From Spirochaetota bacterium (GTDB lineage Bacteria; Spirochaetota; UBA4802; UBA5550), in contig CAXXHB010000002.1 in the NCBI GenBank assembly GCA_963664815.2, positions 608,001 through 672,000 of the forward strand: a stretch of 64,000 bases of DNA. Direction: 5' to 3'. Of the stretch, positions 20,277 through 30,404 are shown in pieces. A program made the translations under genes and the position numbers. Every line of letters starts with the position of its first letter. The first letter of the stretch is position 1. The notes under the pieces were generated by a model that was not told the origin of the DNA, ran no database searches, and saw only the letters and a program-made list of their open reading frames with translations.

Positions 20277-20774
20277 TTATTTTGAATCACAACTGCACCT
20301 GGTTTTCCACTCTTGAACCGAGTTGAGACGTATTCTCCTTCTCTCCTGAGCCTCGCAGTTTCTTCTTTTTTCTTCATCGGTTTCAAGAATCAACGGGTTT
20401 ATAGGTTTAGGCTTTAAGTGTTCATCAAGTGCTACAAATGTAAGATAAGCAGATCCTGTATGCCTGACTTCTCCTGTGACAAAGTTTTCAGCTTCTACTC
20501 TTACCCCGATTTCCATGGATGTCTTTCCAACATAGTTGACACTGGCGCTGACGCGTAGAAGGTCACCAACAAATACTGGTGAGTGAAAATCGACTTTATC
20601 TATTGATGCCGTGACGCAGTTTAGTCCCGCGTGCCTTATTCCTGTTATCCCTGCAGTGTTGTCTATCAGCTTCAGTATAACTCCTCCATGAACATTACCT
20701 GCAAGATTTGCATCCTGATGAGTCATCTGCTGAACCACTGTTATGCTGCTGTCTTTTACTTTTTTACTTTCCAT
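20277..20774 (-). CDS. Acyl-CoA thioesterase (YciA-like hotdog fold)
   Basis: DANLAGNVHGG, VTASID and YVGKTSMEIGV. Confidence 0.92.
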   Translation of the reverse strand: MESKKVKDSSITVVQQMTHQDANLAGNVHGGVILKLIDNTAGITGIRHAGLNCVTASIDKVDFHSPVFVGDLLRVSASVNYVGKTSMEIGVRVEAENFVTGEVRHTGSAYLTFVALDEHLKPKPINPLILETDEEKRRNCEAQERRRIRLNSVQEWKTRCSCDSK

Positions 20775-21195
20775 CTGGCAACTCCGTATATTATTATTAA
20801 ATATAAATTTTAATCATTAAAGATAATTATATATTCAGCAAGAATTATTTAAGTACTTAATAATATACTAAATATTCATTTTTTTGTCAAAACAATATTT
20901 ATTTTTTTATAATAAATCGGAGAATAAGGAAGTATTAAATAATTTTAGTTAAAAAATATGTTTTTATAAATAATTTGTTTTTTGATTATTTATAAAAACA
21001 TTTTATAATTGCAATAATCTGTAAAAGCATATTTAAATGTAAAATGTTTATGTTCCCCGGCAGCGGTATACTCATTGATATTTGTGTTATATCTGCATTA
21101 AAGTTGACAAATGGTAGTAAGCTGAAATTATTATATAGACGTTATACAGGATCATTTTCCCGGCAGCAATAAACTATTATAAATGAGGTTTAAGA

Positions 21196-21687
21196 ATGAA
21201 AATCAGGATTCCTATTATAGTCTGCATGGTTATAGCGCAGATTAGTTGTTCAACGGTTACACACAGGGCTGAAAATGCTACACCGGAAGTTAAAAATTTT
21301 TTTGGTGATGTAATTCTTGGTATTATCGACGGAGCGGATAAAGCCGCATCATATAAGGTTAAAACCGAAAAGATGAAAATTCCGATGGGAAAAAATATTT
21401 ACGGTTATCCGGTAATTTCTGAAGGGCCTGCTCTTGATTCATCCCAGCTGGCGGTATTTAAAAATATTCTTCTAGATGAAAACACATATGATTTTAAATG
21501 GGCAAAGAAATCATTTGTTTTTCCCGATTATGCCATAGTCCTTAAAAAAGGTAATGAAGAAGTTATAGTTTTTATTGATTTCTACAGGAAAGAACTTTTG
21601 TTCGTATATAAAGGGAAAGAACTTGTAGAGGATTTTGATAATGCAGAAAAACAGGTTAAGAAACTTGTTGATGATATTTTCAGGTGA
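21196..21687 (+). CDS. Hypothetical lipoprotein
   Basis: GAGG RBS, signal peptide ending QISC, 13 nt upstream of the caspase-like gene. Confidence 0.7.
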   Translation: MKIRIPIIVCMVIAQISCSTVTHRAENATPEVKNFFGDVILGIIDGADKAASYKVKTEKMKIPMGKNIYGYPVISEGPALDSSQLAVFKNILLDENTYDFKWAKKSFVFPDYAIVLKKGNEEVIVFIDFYRKELLFVYKGKELVEDFDNAEKQVKKLVDDIFR

Positions 21688-21700
21688 AAGGTAACAGATT

Positions 21701-22927
21701 ATGAAATACGTGAAATTATTAATACTGAATTGTATATTTATTGCAGCATTGAGCGTTAACGCTTTTTCTGTGACAATGCATGCTATTTTTGTAATCAACA
21801 CGGAAGATAAGGGCATTGGGTGTGAGTATGATATGAAAAACTGGGAGACACTTCTTCCGGAGATAAAAAAATATTCAGGTATGACAATAACAACTCATTA
21901 TCTTAAGGATAAAAACTGGAGCGAGACTGCTGTTAATAAAAAGATTGCCCAGATAAAACCGGGTGCGGATGATGTTGTACTGTTTTATTACTCGGGACAT
22001 GGTTTCAGGTTTCAGCAGGGACAGAAAGATCAATGGCCCTATCTGGCTCTTCAGGAGGGTGTGAAAAGTCTCCAGACAATCTATACAGAGTTGTATAAAA
22101 AGAATCCCCGGCTCCTGATTGTCGTTTCGGACTGCTGCAACAGCTTCTGTCCGGGATCTCCGCCCAAGGTACAGTCAAGGGCTGCAATATCAGAAACCAA
22201 AATTGCGGAAAATTACAAGATACTGTTTCTGAAATCAAAGGGTGCAATCATAGCATCCGGCTGCACTCCGGGACAGTATTCATACGGCGGAGCTCCGGAT
22301 GGTGGGGCATACACCAGTACTCTGTTAAAAAACATCAAACTCTCAGTTCGGGGTGACAATTCTTCATGGAAACAGATATTCGAAACCTCAAATCAGCCAC
22401 TTGTAGGTGGAAAACAGCAACCTCAGTACAAGCTTGACTTTAATCCGCTGAGTAATGAAAACTCATCTGATATAGCTTCAGATAAAAACAATGAAGAAAC
22501 TGACGGGAAAATAGCTATTAATAATAATGAAGATGTTCAGGAAATCGAGAATAATGATAACGCAACTGCCGGTGGAGATGTTGACTTTGACGATCTCAAA
22601 GATGCAGACTGGTGCTCGCAGGCTTTAGAAACCAGGAATATGTTCAACAATGCCCTTGTTCTTCTTGAATCAGAGAAATACCTGCCAAGTGATTCGGATG
22701 AGTTTGAACAGCTTCTGGAATACGCTGAAATGCAGGAGGGATTTTTTACCAAGGATGAACCCGATAAGGAATCTGCTAAATACTGGAATGACGTAGTTAA
22801 TCTTGTAAACGCCATGACAAATAAAAATGCAGGAAAAGTTAAGATGAAAAAAATGGTGACTTTTTTAAAAGAAGCACAGAGTGAAATGCTGAAGATAATA
22901 CATGAACAGGCATGCAGGAAGAAATAA
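21701..22927 (+). CDS. Exported caspase-family (peptidase C14) protein
   Basis: Signal peptide, FYYSGHG (catalytic His), VSDCCN (catalytic Cys), then an acidic linker and helical C-terminal domain. Confidence 0.85.
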   Translation: MKYVKLLILNCIFIAALSVNAFSVTMHAIFVINTEDKGIGCEYDMKNWETLLPEIKKYSGMTITTHYLKDKNWSETAVNKKIAQIKPGADDVVLFYYSGHGFRFQQGQKDQWPYLALQEGVKSLQTIYTELYKKNPRLLIVVSDCCNSFCPGSPPKVQSRAAISETKIAENYKILFLKSKGAIIASGCTPGQYSYGGAPDGGAYTSTLLKNIKLSVRGDNSSWKQIFETSNQPLVGGKQQPQYKLDFNPLSNENSSDIASDKNNEETDGKIAINNNEDVQEIENNDNATAGGDVDFDDLKDADWCSQALETRNMFNNALVLLESEKYLPSDSDEFEQLLEYAEMQEGFFTKDEPDKESAKYWNDVVNLVNAMTNKNAGKVKMKKMVTFLKEAQSEMLKIIHEQACRKK

Positions 22928-22954
22928 TACTTTATTAATCTGTGAGAAAAAATC

Positions 22955-22986
22955 GCCGGTGTGGGATAACTGCATCGGCTTTTTTT
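22955..22986. terminator. Bidirectional intrinsic terminator
   Basis: A-tract, GCCGGTG...CATCGGC stem, T-tract, between convergent genes. Confidence 0.6.
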
Positions 22987-23002
22987 ATGTTTTATTGGAG
23001 TG

Positions 23003-25024
23003 TCAGTTACTTTGTGATTGCGAAATAGTTTTTTTAAAAAGTATCTTTTCCGATTCCCATGCCGCCATTGAACCTGTACCTTTTCTGATAACAGCAACTA
23101 TTCCCGAAGAGTTTGATCCACCGGTAAAAATCCCATAACCATGATGTTTGTTGGTTCCGGCGATGACGGTTCCTGTTTTTCCCCATAACTCTGCTGAATT
23201 ATACGTGGTTGCAACATCGCCGGAATTCTTTAAATGCAGTAAATTAATCTTTTCACGTGAATTTTTTGCAGTACCTTCGGTGAATGTTTTATGGAGCGCG
23301 CTGAAAATTGCGTAAATTTTACCTGAATGATGTCGGGTGCTTTCCAGAAAAATATAACGGTTAAGCTTTATTATTCCATCTACTGAGATAGTTATGTTAA
23401 AATTAAGACCGGCCAGAAGAGCGGAAAAATCTTTTTTACTCCTGGTTTCAGGTAAAGTCATTTCAATGCCATGTTTCATTGTAAAGTCCAGTATCCATCT
23501 TCGAAAATCAGCAGGATCAATATTACTGTAGAGCGATGCAAAATAGCGGTTGCATGAATGGTACAGGGCACGGCTGATATTCATTTTGCCGTGACCCTCT
23601 TTTTGCCAGCAGTTTGCCGGAAGATTTTTATCGTCTGTACTCTCGGTGCAGTTAAAAGTATAGTTGTAGAACAGATCAGGCCTCTGTTCTGCGAGATAAA
23701 GCGCGATGAAAAGCTTGAAAATTGACCCGCATGGAATAATTCTGTTACGAAAAGAAGTTCCACCCCTGCTGTTAATGACCTCTCCGGAAGTATAATCAAA
23801 GGCAATATACTGAAGGTAATGATTCGTTTCTGTTTTTAATATACTTTTAAACTCAAGAGAGGGATAATAATGTTCGAGAATTTCATACCGGGAGAATCCC
23901 CTTTCGGCAAGTTGAAGCGCCCCCTCAAGGCTCATACCGGTGCAATGCCCCATGCCGGAACCTGTGAATTCATAAACACCGTTGTTTTCAGAAACATGGT
24001 AGTTATTGCTTTTTATAAAGTTCCATCCTTTTATCCTGTTAACCCTTATGCGAAAGCTTTCAGGAGGTATGGTTTCACTTCCGGCATCTGTTTCGACTAA
24101 GGTTATCTCTTTATCCCTGTCAAAATTTATTTTTTTCAGATTTATATTTCCTGCCGGATAGAGGATTTGAACAAGTTCATTGCTGTCTATCTTTGCTTTC
24201 CATGAGTTATGCCGGTTTCTGCTAAGCGTCAGATTTTCAGAGTAGATTATATCCTTTGGAGGCTCAAAATTCCTCCCATGGTTGTTGAAGATGGTTTCTG
24301 TGAACAGGGTTCCCCCGCTCGAGGCATGAAAAAAAAGACCACTGGTTATACTCTCCGTATTGATATATATGTCATCATTGAAAATTTTTCCGGTTATACC
24401 CTTGTAAGACTGGCAGCATGTAAGATCGCAGAAGTGGTATCCATTATGTTTACCTGTAAGGTAAGGGAGTCTGCATCTTGCCTTTATGAGGTGTGCAAGG
24501 GCGTAAAGAGCCTCCGATTGTTTTTCTGTAATATTACCGAATTCAGCATATGCAGAGTCTATTGCAAAACGGTCTATTGTCTCCTCTATAGATAATTCAA
24601 TGTCGGAGCCGGAGAATTTTATTTTGAGAGGGAGAGGATATATTCTCTTCTCCCCGTTTATATCAGCTGTAAAAGTACTGCCGCGATCTGAAGGATAGAG
24701 CGTAAACTCACCTCTGTTAAAAATGCTATTCTCTGTTTTTATTGAAAAGGTATGTCCGTCAGTGAGTATTGAAAGTTTAACACAGGAAAATCTGTTATTA
24801 CCGGTATCGAGTTCACAATATCTGGGGAGTGTCAGCTGAATGCTGCCTGTTTTATTCTCTTTCAGCAGACGGAGATGTTTTGACAGAATAAGAATTCTGG
24901 CTTTATCTTCAGCTGAAGGTATATTTTCATGAGTTTTTTCCGCTCTCAAACCTGTTTCGAGAGCGGAAAAAATTATAATAAAGAGAATTAACCATACAGC
25001 CTTTAAACGGCTAATTACTTGCAT
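23003..25024 (-). CDS. SpoIID/LytB domain fused to a PBP/serine transpeptidase-like domain (YfaQ-like)
   Basis: HFCDLTCCQSY, GSGMGHCTGMS..GA and ILEHYYP (SpoIID), then GSIFK, SCN and KTGT. Start probably MQVISRL (25024), overlapping the A2M stop. Confidence 0.82.
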   Translation of the reverse strand: MQVISRLKAVWLILFIIIFSALETGLRAEKTHENIPSAEDKARILILSKHLRLLKENKTGSIQLTLPRYCELDTGNNRFSCVKLSILTDGHTFSIKTENSIFNRGEFTLYPSDRGSTFTADINGEKRIYPLPLKIKFSGSDIELSIEETIDRFAIDSAYAEFGNITEKQSEALYALAHLIKARCRLPYLTGKHNGYHFCDLTCCQSYKGITGKIFNDDIYINTESITSGLFFHASSGGTLFTETIFNNHGRNFEPPKDIIYSENLTLSRNRHNSWKAKIDSNELVQILYPAGNINLKKINFDRDKEITLVETDAGSETIPPESFRIRVNRIKGWNFIKSNNYHVSENNGVYEFTGSGMGHCTGMSLEGALQLAERGFSRYEILEHYYPSLEFKSILKTETNHYLQYIAFDYTSGEVINSRGGTSFRNRIIPCGSIFKLFIALYLAEQRPDLFYNYTFNCTESTDDKNLPANCWQKEGHGKMNISRALYHSCNRYFASLYSNIDPADFRRWILDFTMKHGIEMTLPETRSKKDFSALLAGLNFNITISVDGIIKLNRYIFLESTRHHSGKIYAIFSALHKTFTEGTAKNSREKINLLHLKNSGDVATTYNSAELWGKTGTVIAGTNKHHGYGIFTGGSNSSGIVAVIRKGTGSMAAWESEKILFKKTISQSQSN

Positions 25025-28000
25025 TATTAACATCAAGAATTGTCGGGAGAGTCCACCCCTGGATTGCTTCTTCGTACATACACTCAATTCGTGCAGGTCT
25101 CATAATAAAAGAACCTGGCAGTTCAGCCCGGATAATGTATGCAATTTCGTATTCTTTCTCTTTTTCTATCCCTGTGAAGAAGAATACCATCCGGTTGTCT
25201 CTTCTTTCAATGTGGGAGTAGGGCTGAAACTCGTTATATGCACTCTCCCTGACTACTTCAAAACCTGCAGGGAGATAATCCTCCAGAACCATAAATCCGA
25301 AGCTGTCCTGTGCGCGGAATTTCACCCTGACTAGAAGCTCGTCACCGACATTGATCTTTCCTTTTTCATCAATATTCTGCGGTACAAGGTATTCCTGGAG
25401 TTTCATATCCTTTACCCTGTTGAGGAATGATATCTCTCTGCGTGCGGTAATACCGTTTGAAAGAGCCATGATTCCCCTTTTTTCAGATTTCATAAAAGAG
25501 AAAAGACCTTTCGGTTTAAAGTACAGTGTCCCGCGAAGCGATGCGGAAAATGTAGTGTCAGGAGATTCATCGCCGGATACTGTAAGCTTATAAATGTCAG
25601 CTTTTCTGTTTTTACCGAGCTTTATAGTGCGTTTTAATGAATCCGGATCGGAGTTGAGGGAATATGATACTTTTTCCAGCTTTTCTCCGTTAAGGGCAAA
25701 TTCAATGCTGCCGGAAGTTTTGAAGTCTAAACCATTGGCAGTAAGATAATCGCAGAGCGCAAGAATTACCGTTCCGGATTCCTTGGTGGAGTTCCAGGAA
25801 CCGGATTTAAATCTCTTTGACAATGATGAGACGGCCTGCGAGGTTACAGAAGATCTGTCGCCTGAGATTAAAAGCGCTGAAAGTACATGAGCTGTTACTT
25901 CTGTATTTCCGCCGGCCCAGTTCCATGATTGCCCCTCTGCTGCCGGCCAGTATATTCCTGAAGAATCGCGTTTGGCTGATTCATTTATCTTCTTCTTTAA
26001 AATAACAGATATTTCATCAATCTCCCGCGATTCATGTTCCTGCAGGGTGCTCTTACCCCTGAATAATGATATTGCTTTCAGCAGGTTTGCGGCCTGATAG
26101 GGATTCAGATCTTTTGAAAAGGCAATTCTTTTGAAAACCGGGTGATACCATTTCCCGAACATGGAGTATATGCTTGTAAGGTAGGAAAGTTCATCGTTAT
26201 CCATTTTTTCAGGTGATTGAAATATGCGCAGTATTGCCGCAAGCCCCTGGTTGAAGGTGTTTTCGTTTACAGGGTAACCGAAGTTTTTTGCCTGTAACAG
26301 TGAGTACATTGCAAACCCGGTAGTGTATGTATTTCCCCTGTCTCCCTCCCACCAGCCCCATGTGCCGTCATAGTTCTGTGCTTTTATTATGCGCTGTATA
26401 CCTTCTGGAATATTATTCTCAACCTGCTTTTTAAGTTTTTCAGGAATAGCTTTTGAATAACCGCTTCCCGAGAGAAGTTTAAGCATGGCAAGGTTGGGTA
26501 AAAATTTATTGATAGTCTGTTCAATACAACCATATGGATATTCGTTCAGATACTCGACGGCTGCTATTATCTGTGTTACCGGAGAGGGGTTAACACAGAC
26601 AAGAATCTCTTCAGGTACAAAATCAAAATCATCGTTCCCCCTGACAGGTTTAAGAATAATCTCTTTGTTGCCATGCATATCCCCTGCGCCGGAGACAACA
26701 TACCTGAGTCCACGCTTTTCAACTGGGACTGTATATTTTACAGCATCACCCTTTGAACCGTGAATTAAAGATTTAAATTCAAGGGAGATAGATTCCTTCT
26801 TTTCAGGTACCATAAGCGTATAATTTTTTGCAGATGAACCGAAACCGGGGAGACTTATTTTGAAATCATTTTCTGGTAAAAGTATTTTACCGTCGGCCTT
26901 AAACTCTGTTGTGACAGATTCCATCCCCGAGTCCGTATTGTTATTGACTATACCTATAAGACCGGCTTTGTCGCCTTCAACCAGGAACCTGGGTTTGCCG
27001 ATGCGGGCAATAATGTCCTGAGTGGAAAGGAACTTCTTCCTGGCCTCCCCCATGCGTCCCTTAAGGTCATGGCCGCGTACGGTTAACCGCCATGTAGTGA
27101 GATTATCGGGGAGAATAAACGATACCTCTGCTTCACCCTTCGCATCAGTTTTAATGTTTGACTCCCAGAAGGCTGTGTCGCGGAAATTTTCCCTGACTCT
27201 TACACTTGCATCTTTCCCCGCGCCGGCAAGAAGGGTGATTGGATATGAATATGTTGTAATTACCCAGTTTGAAATCTTTGAGTAGAAAAAGCCTGAAATT
27301 TCCGGAGTGGAATCGGATCTTATATAGAATATTGATTCATCAACTGCGGCAAGAGAGAAATCGGCAGAGACCGGTTTTCCCGCAGGATCAACAGCATTGA
27401 CTTTGATCCTGGCAGTTTCACCGGGGCCGTACTTCTCTTTTTCCGGTATAAGAGTAATATAAAGTTTAACATCATCAACCGGAATAGTAACCTCACTGTC
27501 GGTTGTATATAACGCCCTTCCGCGCTGCATTGCGCCGCGGATAAAAAGGTTGGGAGCAAGTTTTGAATCTATACTGAAAGTAACAGGGACAACGTGTTTA
27601 TTCATCTTAATAACTTTTGTTTCATAAACATCCCGCCCCTCAAGTGTCAGCATAACATATGAGTCGGTGAATCTGCTTTTAACAAGACATGTAACCTCTC
27701 CGCTCTTCTCCATTGATGCTTTGTTAAGGGTAACCTCCAGTTCCCTGTATTTTGAGTCGATATCACCCCCGTTGTCACTGTATATCCATAGAATTTTTGA
27801 ACCGCTGACAAGATTGTCCCTTGAATCGCGCCCCTGGGCTATAAGGTCATATTCTCCGTCGCCGCTGAAATCAGCGGGGAGTGAAAATCCGGCTGAACCG
27901 GTTTTGTCAGTGGAGATTTTTTTTGTATAGAAAGGCCTGCTGTCATGGACATAAACCCTTTCTACAGGTTTCCAGATATAACGGTAAAGATTAATTTCAA

Positions 28001-30380
28001 GGTTTACCGCAACAGGTTTGTCGGTATGTGTAGCTGTTTTTACTTTTATCTTTTTATCACCTTTCGAATTGAAAAAATTCTCTTCTGGAATAAGCTTTAT
28101 AAAAAATTCCCCCCGGCCGATTTTTACTGTTTTGCTGGCAGTAATTGTCACGTTGGATTTATCGGTAACAGTCGCTTCAAGAGTGATCTCCCTGTCATAA
28201 GGGTAGTTACCAGAGGCAACTTTAAGCAGAGCCGAACCTCCTGCATCAGCGTACTTTTCACCTTCGAGTTTAAGACGCGAATAGGAGCCGTTTGAATTAA
28301 ACGCATCATCACCTGAGTAGGATGGATCGATGTCCTCAATCTTTCTTTCATAGAAGGTGTATTTGACAAGTGCGCCGTTAAGCGGAGCACCAAAAAAATA
28401 TTTAGCTTCAACCTTGAACTCGGCCTGGTCACCGTTTATAAAGTACTCCTTCGAAGGTATAATATCAATTTTAAACTCAGGCTTTCTGTATTGTTCAATA
28501 TAGAAAGAGCCGTTTCCGTAGAGATCCTTTTCAGAGAAACCCGCGCTTATCCGGAAATAGCCAAGGTCGAAATCAGGTGGAATCTGCACAGAACCGTTTG
28601 CCGTTCCCCATTCATCAAGTGTAAGAGTACCGTCAGCAAGTTTTTTTGAGCCTCCGCCCGCTATTTTATAGAAAAGGGATTTATTTTTAATGGGAAGAAA
28701 TTTACCCGCCATCTTTTTTGCGATAATTTTAAAGAAAAGCTTGTCCCCCGCGCGGTAAACAGGCCTGTCAGTGTATATATAAAGTTTATCCTTTTCCGAA
28801 ACATAATAGTTTGAAGCTCCTCCGCTGCAGATAGCATAGCTTCCCTCCTCTGATACAGCAAGCATATGAATATCTTTTGCTGACGTAAGTCTCACTTTAA
28901 ATATGCCGTTCTCATCAGTTTTGCCTTTGGCAAGAACAGTCACCGGCAGTTCCTCAAGCATAATGGATTCAATCTGTTCCCCGGATTCGCTGTCTTCATA
29001 AACTTTTTTGTTGAGTTTTTCGTTATAAAAAATAACTGATACGTTTTTCAGCGGTTTATTCTGTACGAGATCAGTAACATAAACAGAAACGTTCTCAGGT
29101 GACCGCTTCATTACAACACCGAGGTTTGTAACAGTAAAAAACTGCCTGGACAGAACATTACCTTTTCCTTTAACTTCAATGCAGTAACCTCCGGCTGTGA
29201 GAGGTTCGTTCACTTTCACTGCATAATACATCCATTCGTAGGGATTGAAGTTCTGAACAGATTGATCCCATTCGGTAACGTTATTGTAACCAGATTGTGC
29301 GGGATCAACAGAATCCGGGTCCCGTTTTTCGGATATAAATACCTGCATGGGTACTTTATAAATTTTAACATGAACAGCGTCCAGCCGGAGAGTCCTGAGG
29401 TTGAACTCAATTTCGTTTCCCGGAGTAAAGGTGTAACGGTAGGAGTGAATTTTTATTTCCGGAGCTTTTGCCTCTATGCTGAACTTCAGATCCTTCACAT
29501 CCCTCCCCTCGGTAACAATGATATTCCCGGATTTGATATTATGAAATCCCTGGTGAGAGAGGGTAATAGTATATGTTCCGGGCTTGACATCCTCAAGCAG
29601 GAATGAGCCATCGCGAAAACTCACATTGGAGTAGGCGTATCTTCCCTCGGCTGAGACGTTAATATTTGCCGCCGGGGAGTTGATCCCTTCAATCTTTATA
29701 TTTCCCGAGATCGACGCAGGCCTGTACATAACCATCTGGAGTTTAAATGATTCACCTTCGCGTACCTGACTGATGTTTGCACTTTCGGAAATATATCCTG
29801 CTTTGCTGAATGTAACAAGGTAGGAGCCGGAACGGAGTTTATCTATTGAATAATTACCATTACTGCCGGTTTTAGTGAATAAAGGCTTAAAGTGGTCAAT
29901 AGCCGGGTGCTCACTGTAATTTTTAAGCTTAACCTCAACATCGGACAAGGAATTACCGGAGCTGTCTTTAACTGTTCCGTTTATAAGAGATTCCTTTGTC
30001 AATTTGAGATTGTTCTTCACATTTGTAAAACTTGCAGTTTCAATATATGAAACATATCCCGGGGCAGTTATTTCTATGTCGTAACGGATATAGGGGATGA
30101 AATCATTTATCCTGTAGTAACCGCTGCGATCGGTCTCTGTTTTATAGTATCCGACACCGCGGCTGGAATTTTTTATTTCAACAACGGCACCCTTAACCGG
30201 TTTTCCCGTAGTGGAATCGGTTATAGTTCCCTCGATATATGTTTTTTCAAGAGCAGCAGGTTTTTCGGTATAGACAGTATTTCCGTCATTGCTGGTAAGG
30301 ACATCGGGTGAAGCGCTGCTTATAATAATCAGCCCTGTAAGGAGCGTAAGTATCGAAAAGAGTATTCTTAATCGTTTCAT
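25011..30380 (-). CDS. Bacterial alpha-2-macroglobulin with N-terminal carboxypeptidase-regulatory-like repeats
   Basis: TDRPVYRAGD (MG2), RENFRDTAFW, LPDNLTTW, YPYGCIEQ thioester motif and EDYLPAGFE. Three N-terminal I.G...DS..G.P beta-sandwich repeats. Confidence 0.93.
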   Translation of the reverse strand: MKRLRILFSILTLLTGLIIISSASPDVLTSNDGNTVYTEKPAALEKTYIEGTITDSTTGKPVKGAVVEIKNSSRGVGYYKTETDRSGYYRINDFIPYIRYDIEITAPGYVSYIETASFTNVKNNLKLTKESLINGTVKDSSGNSLSDVEVKLKNYSEHPAIDHFKPLFTKTGSNGNYSIDKLRSGSYLVTFSKAGYISESANISQVREGESFKLQMVMYRPASISGNIKIEGINSPAANINVSAEGRYAYSNVSFRDGSFLLEDVKPGTYTITLSHQGFHNIKSGNIIVTEGRDVKDLKFSIEAKAPEIKIHSYRYTFTPGNEIEFNLRTLRLDAVHVKIYKVPMQVFISEKRDPDSVDPAQSGYNNVTEWDQSVQNFNPYEWMYYAVKVNEPLTAGGYCIEVKGKGNVLSRQFFTVTNLGVVMKRSPENVSVYVTDLVQNKPLKNVSVIFYNEKLNKKVYEDSESGEQIESIMLEELPVTVLAKGKTDENGIFKVRLTSAKDIHMLAVSEEGSYAICSGGASNYYVSEKDKLYIYTDRPVYRAGDKLFFKIIAKKMAGKFLPIKNKSLFYKIAGGGSKKLADGTLTLDEWGTANGSVQIPPDFDLGYFRISAGFSEKDLYGNGSFYIEQYRKPEFKIDIIPSKEYFINGDQAEFKVEAKYFFGAPLNGALVKYTFYERKIEDIDPSYSGDDAFNSNGSYSRLKLEGEKYADAGGSALLKVASGNYPYDREITLEATVTDKSNVTITASKTVKIGRGEFFIKLIPEENFFNSKGDKKIKVKTATHTDKPVAVNLEINLYRYIWKPVERVYVHDSRPFYTKKISTDKTGSAGFSLPADFSGDGEYDLIAQGRDSRDNLVSGSKILWIYSDNGGDIDSKYRELEVTLNKASMEKSGEVTCLVKSRFTDSYVMLTLEGRDVYETKVIKMNKHVVPVTFSIDSKLAPNLFIRGAMQRGRALYTTDSEVTIPVDDVKLYITLIPEKEKYGPGETARIKVNAVDPAGKPVSADFSLAAVDESIFYIRSDSTPEISGFFYSKISNWVITTYSYPITLLAGAGKDASVRVRENFRDTAFWESNIKTDAKGEAEVSFILPDNLTTWRLTVRGHDLKGRMGEARKKFLSTQDIIARIGKPRFLVEGDKAGLIGIVNNNTDSGMESVTTEFKADGKILLPENDFKISLPGFGSSAKNYTLMVPEKKESISLEFKSLIHGSKGDAVKYTVPVEKRGLRYVVSGAGDMHGNKEIILKPVRGNDDFDFVPEEILVCVNPSPVTQIIAAVEYLNEYPYGCIEQTINKFLPNLAMLKLLSGSGYSKAIPEKLKKQVENNIPEGIQRIIKAQNYDGTWGWWEGDRGNTYTTGFAMYSLLQAKNFGYPVNENTFNQGLAAILRIFQSPEKMDNDELSYLTSIYSMFGKWYHPVFKRIAFSKDLNPYQAANLLKAISLFRGKSTLQEHESREIDEISVILKKKINESAKRDSSGIYWPAAEGQSWNWAGGNTEVTAHVLSALLISGDRSSVTSQAVSSLSKRFKSGSWNSTKESGTVILALCDYLTANGLDFKTSGSIEFALNGEKLEKVSYSLNSDPDSLKRTIKLGKNRKADIYKLTVSGDESPDTTFSASLRGTLYFKPKGLFSFMKSEKRGIMALSNGITARREISFLNRVKDMKLQEYLVPQNIDEKGKINVGDELLVRVKFRAQDSFGFMVLEDYLPAGFEVVRESAYNEFQPYSHIERRDNRMVFFFTGIEKEKEYEIAYIIRAELPGSFIMRPARIECMYEEAIQGWTLPTILDVNNASN

Positions 30381-30404
30381 TCTGATCTCCGTAAAGAAAT
30401 ATAT

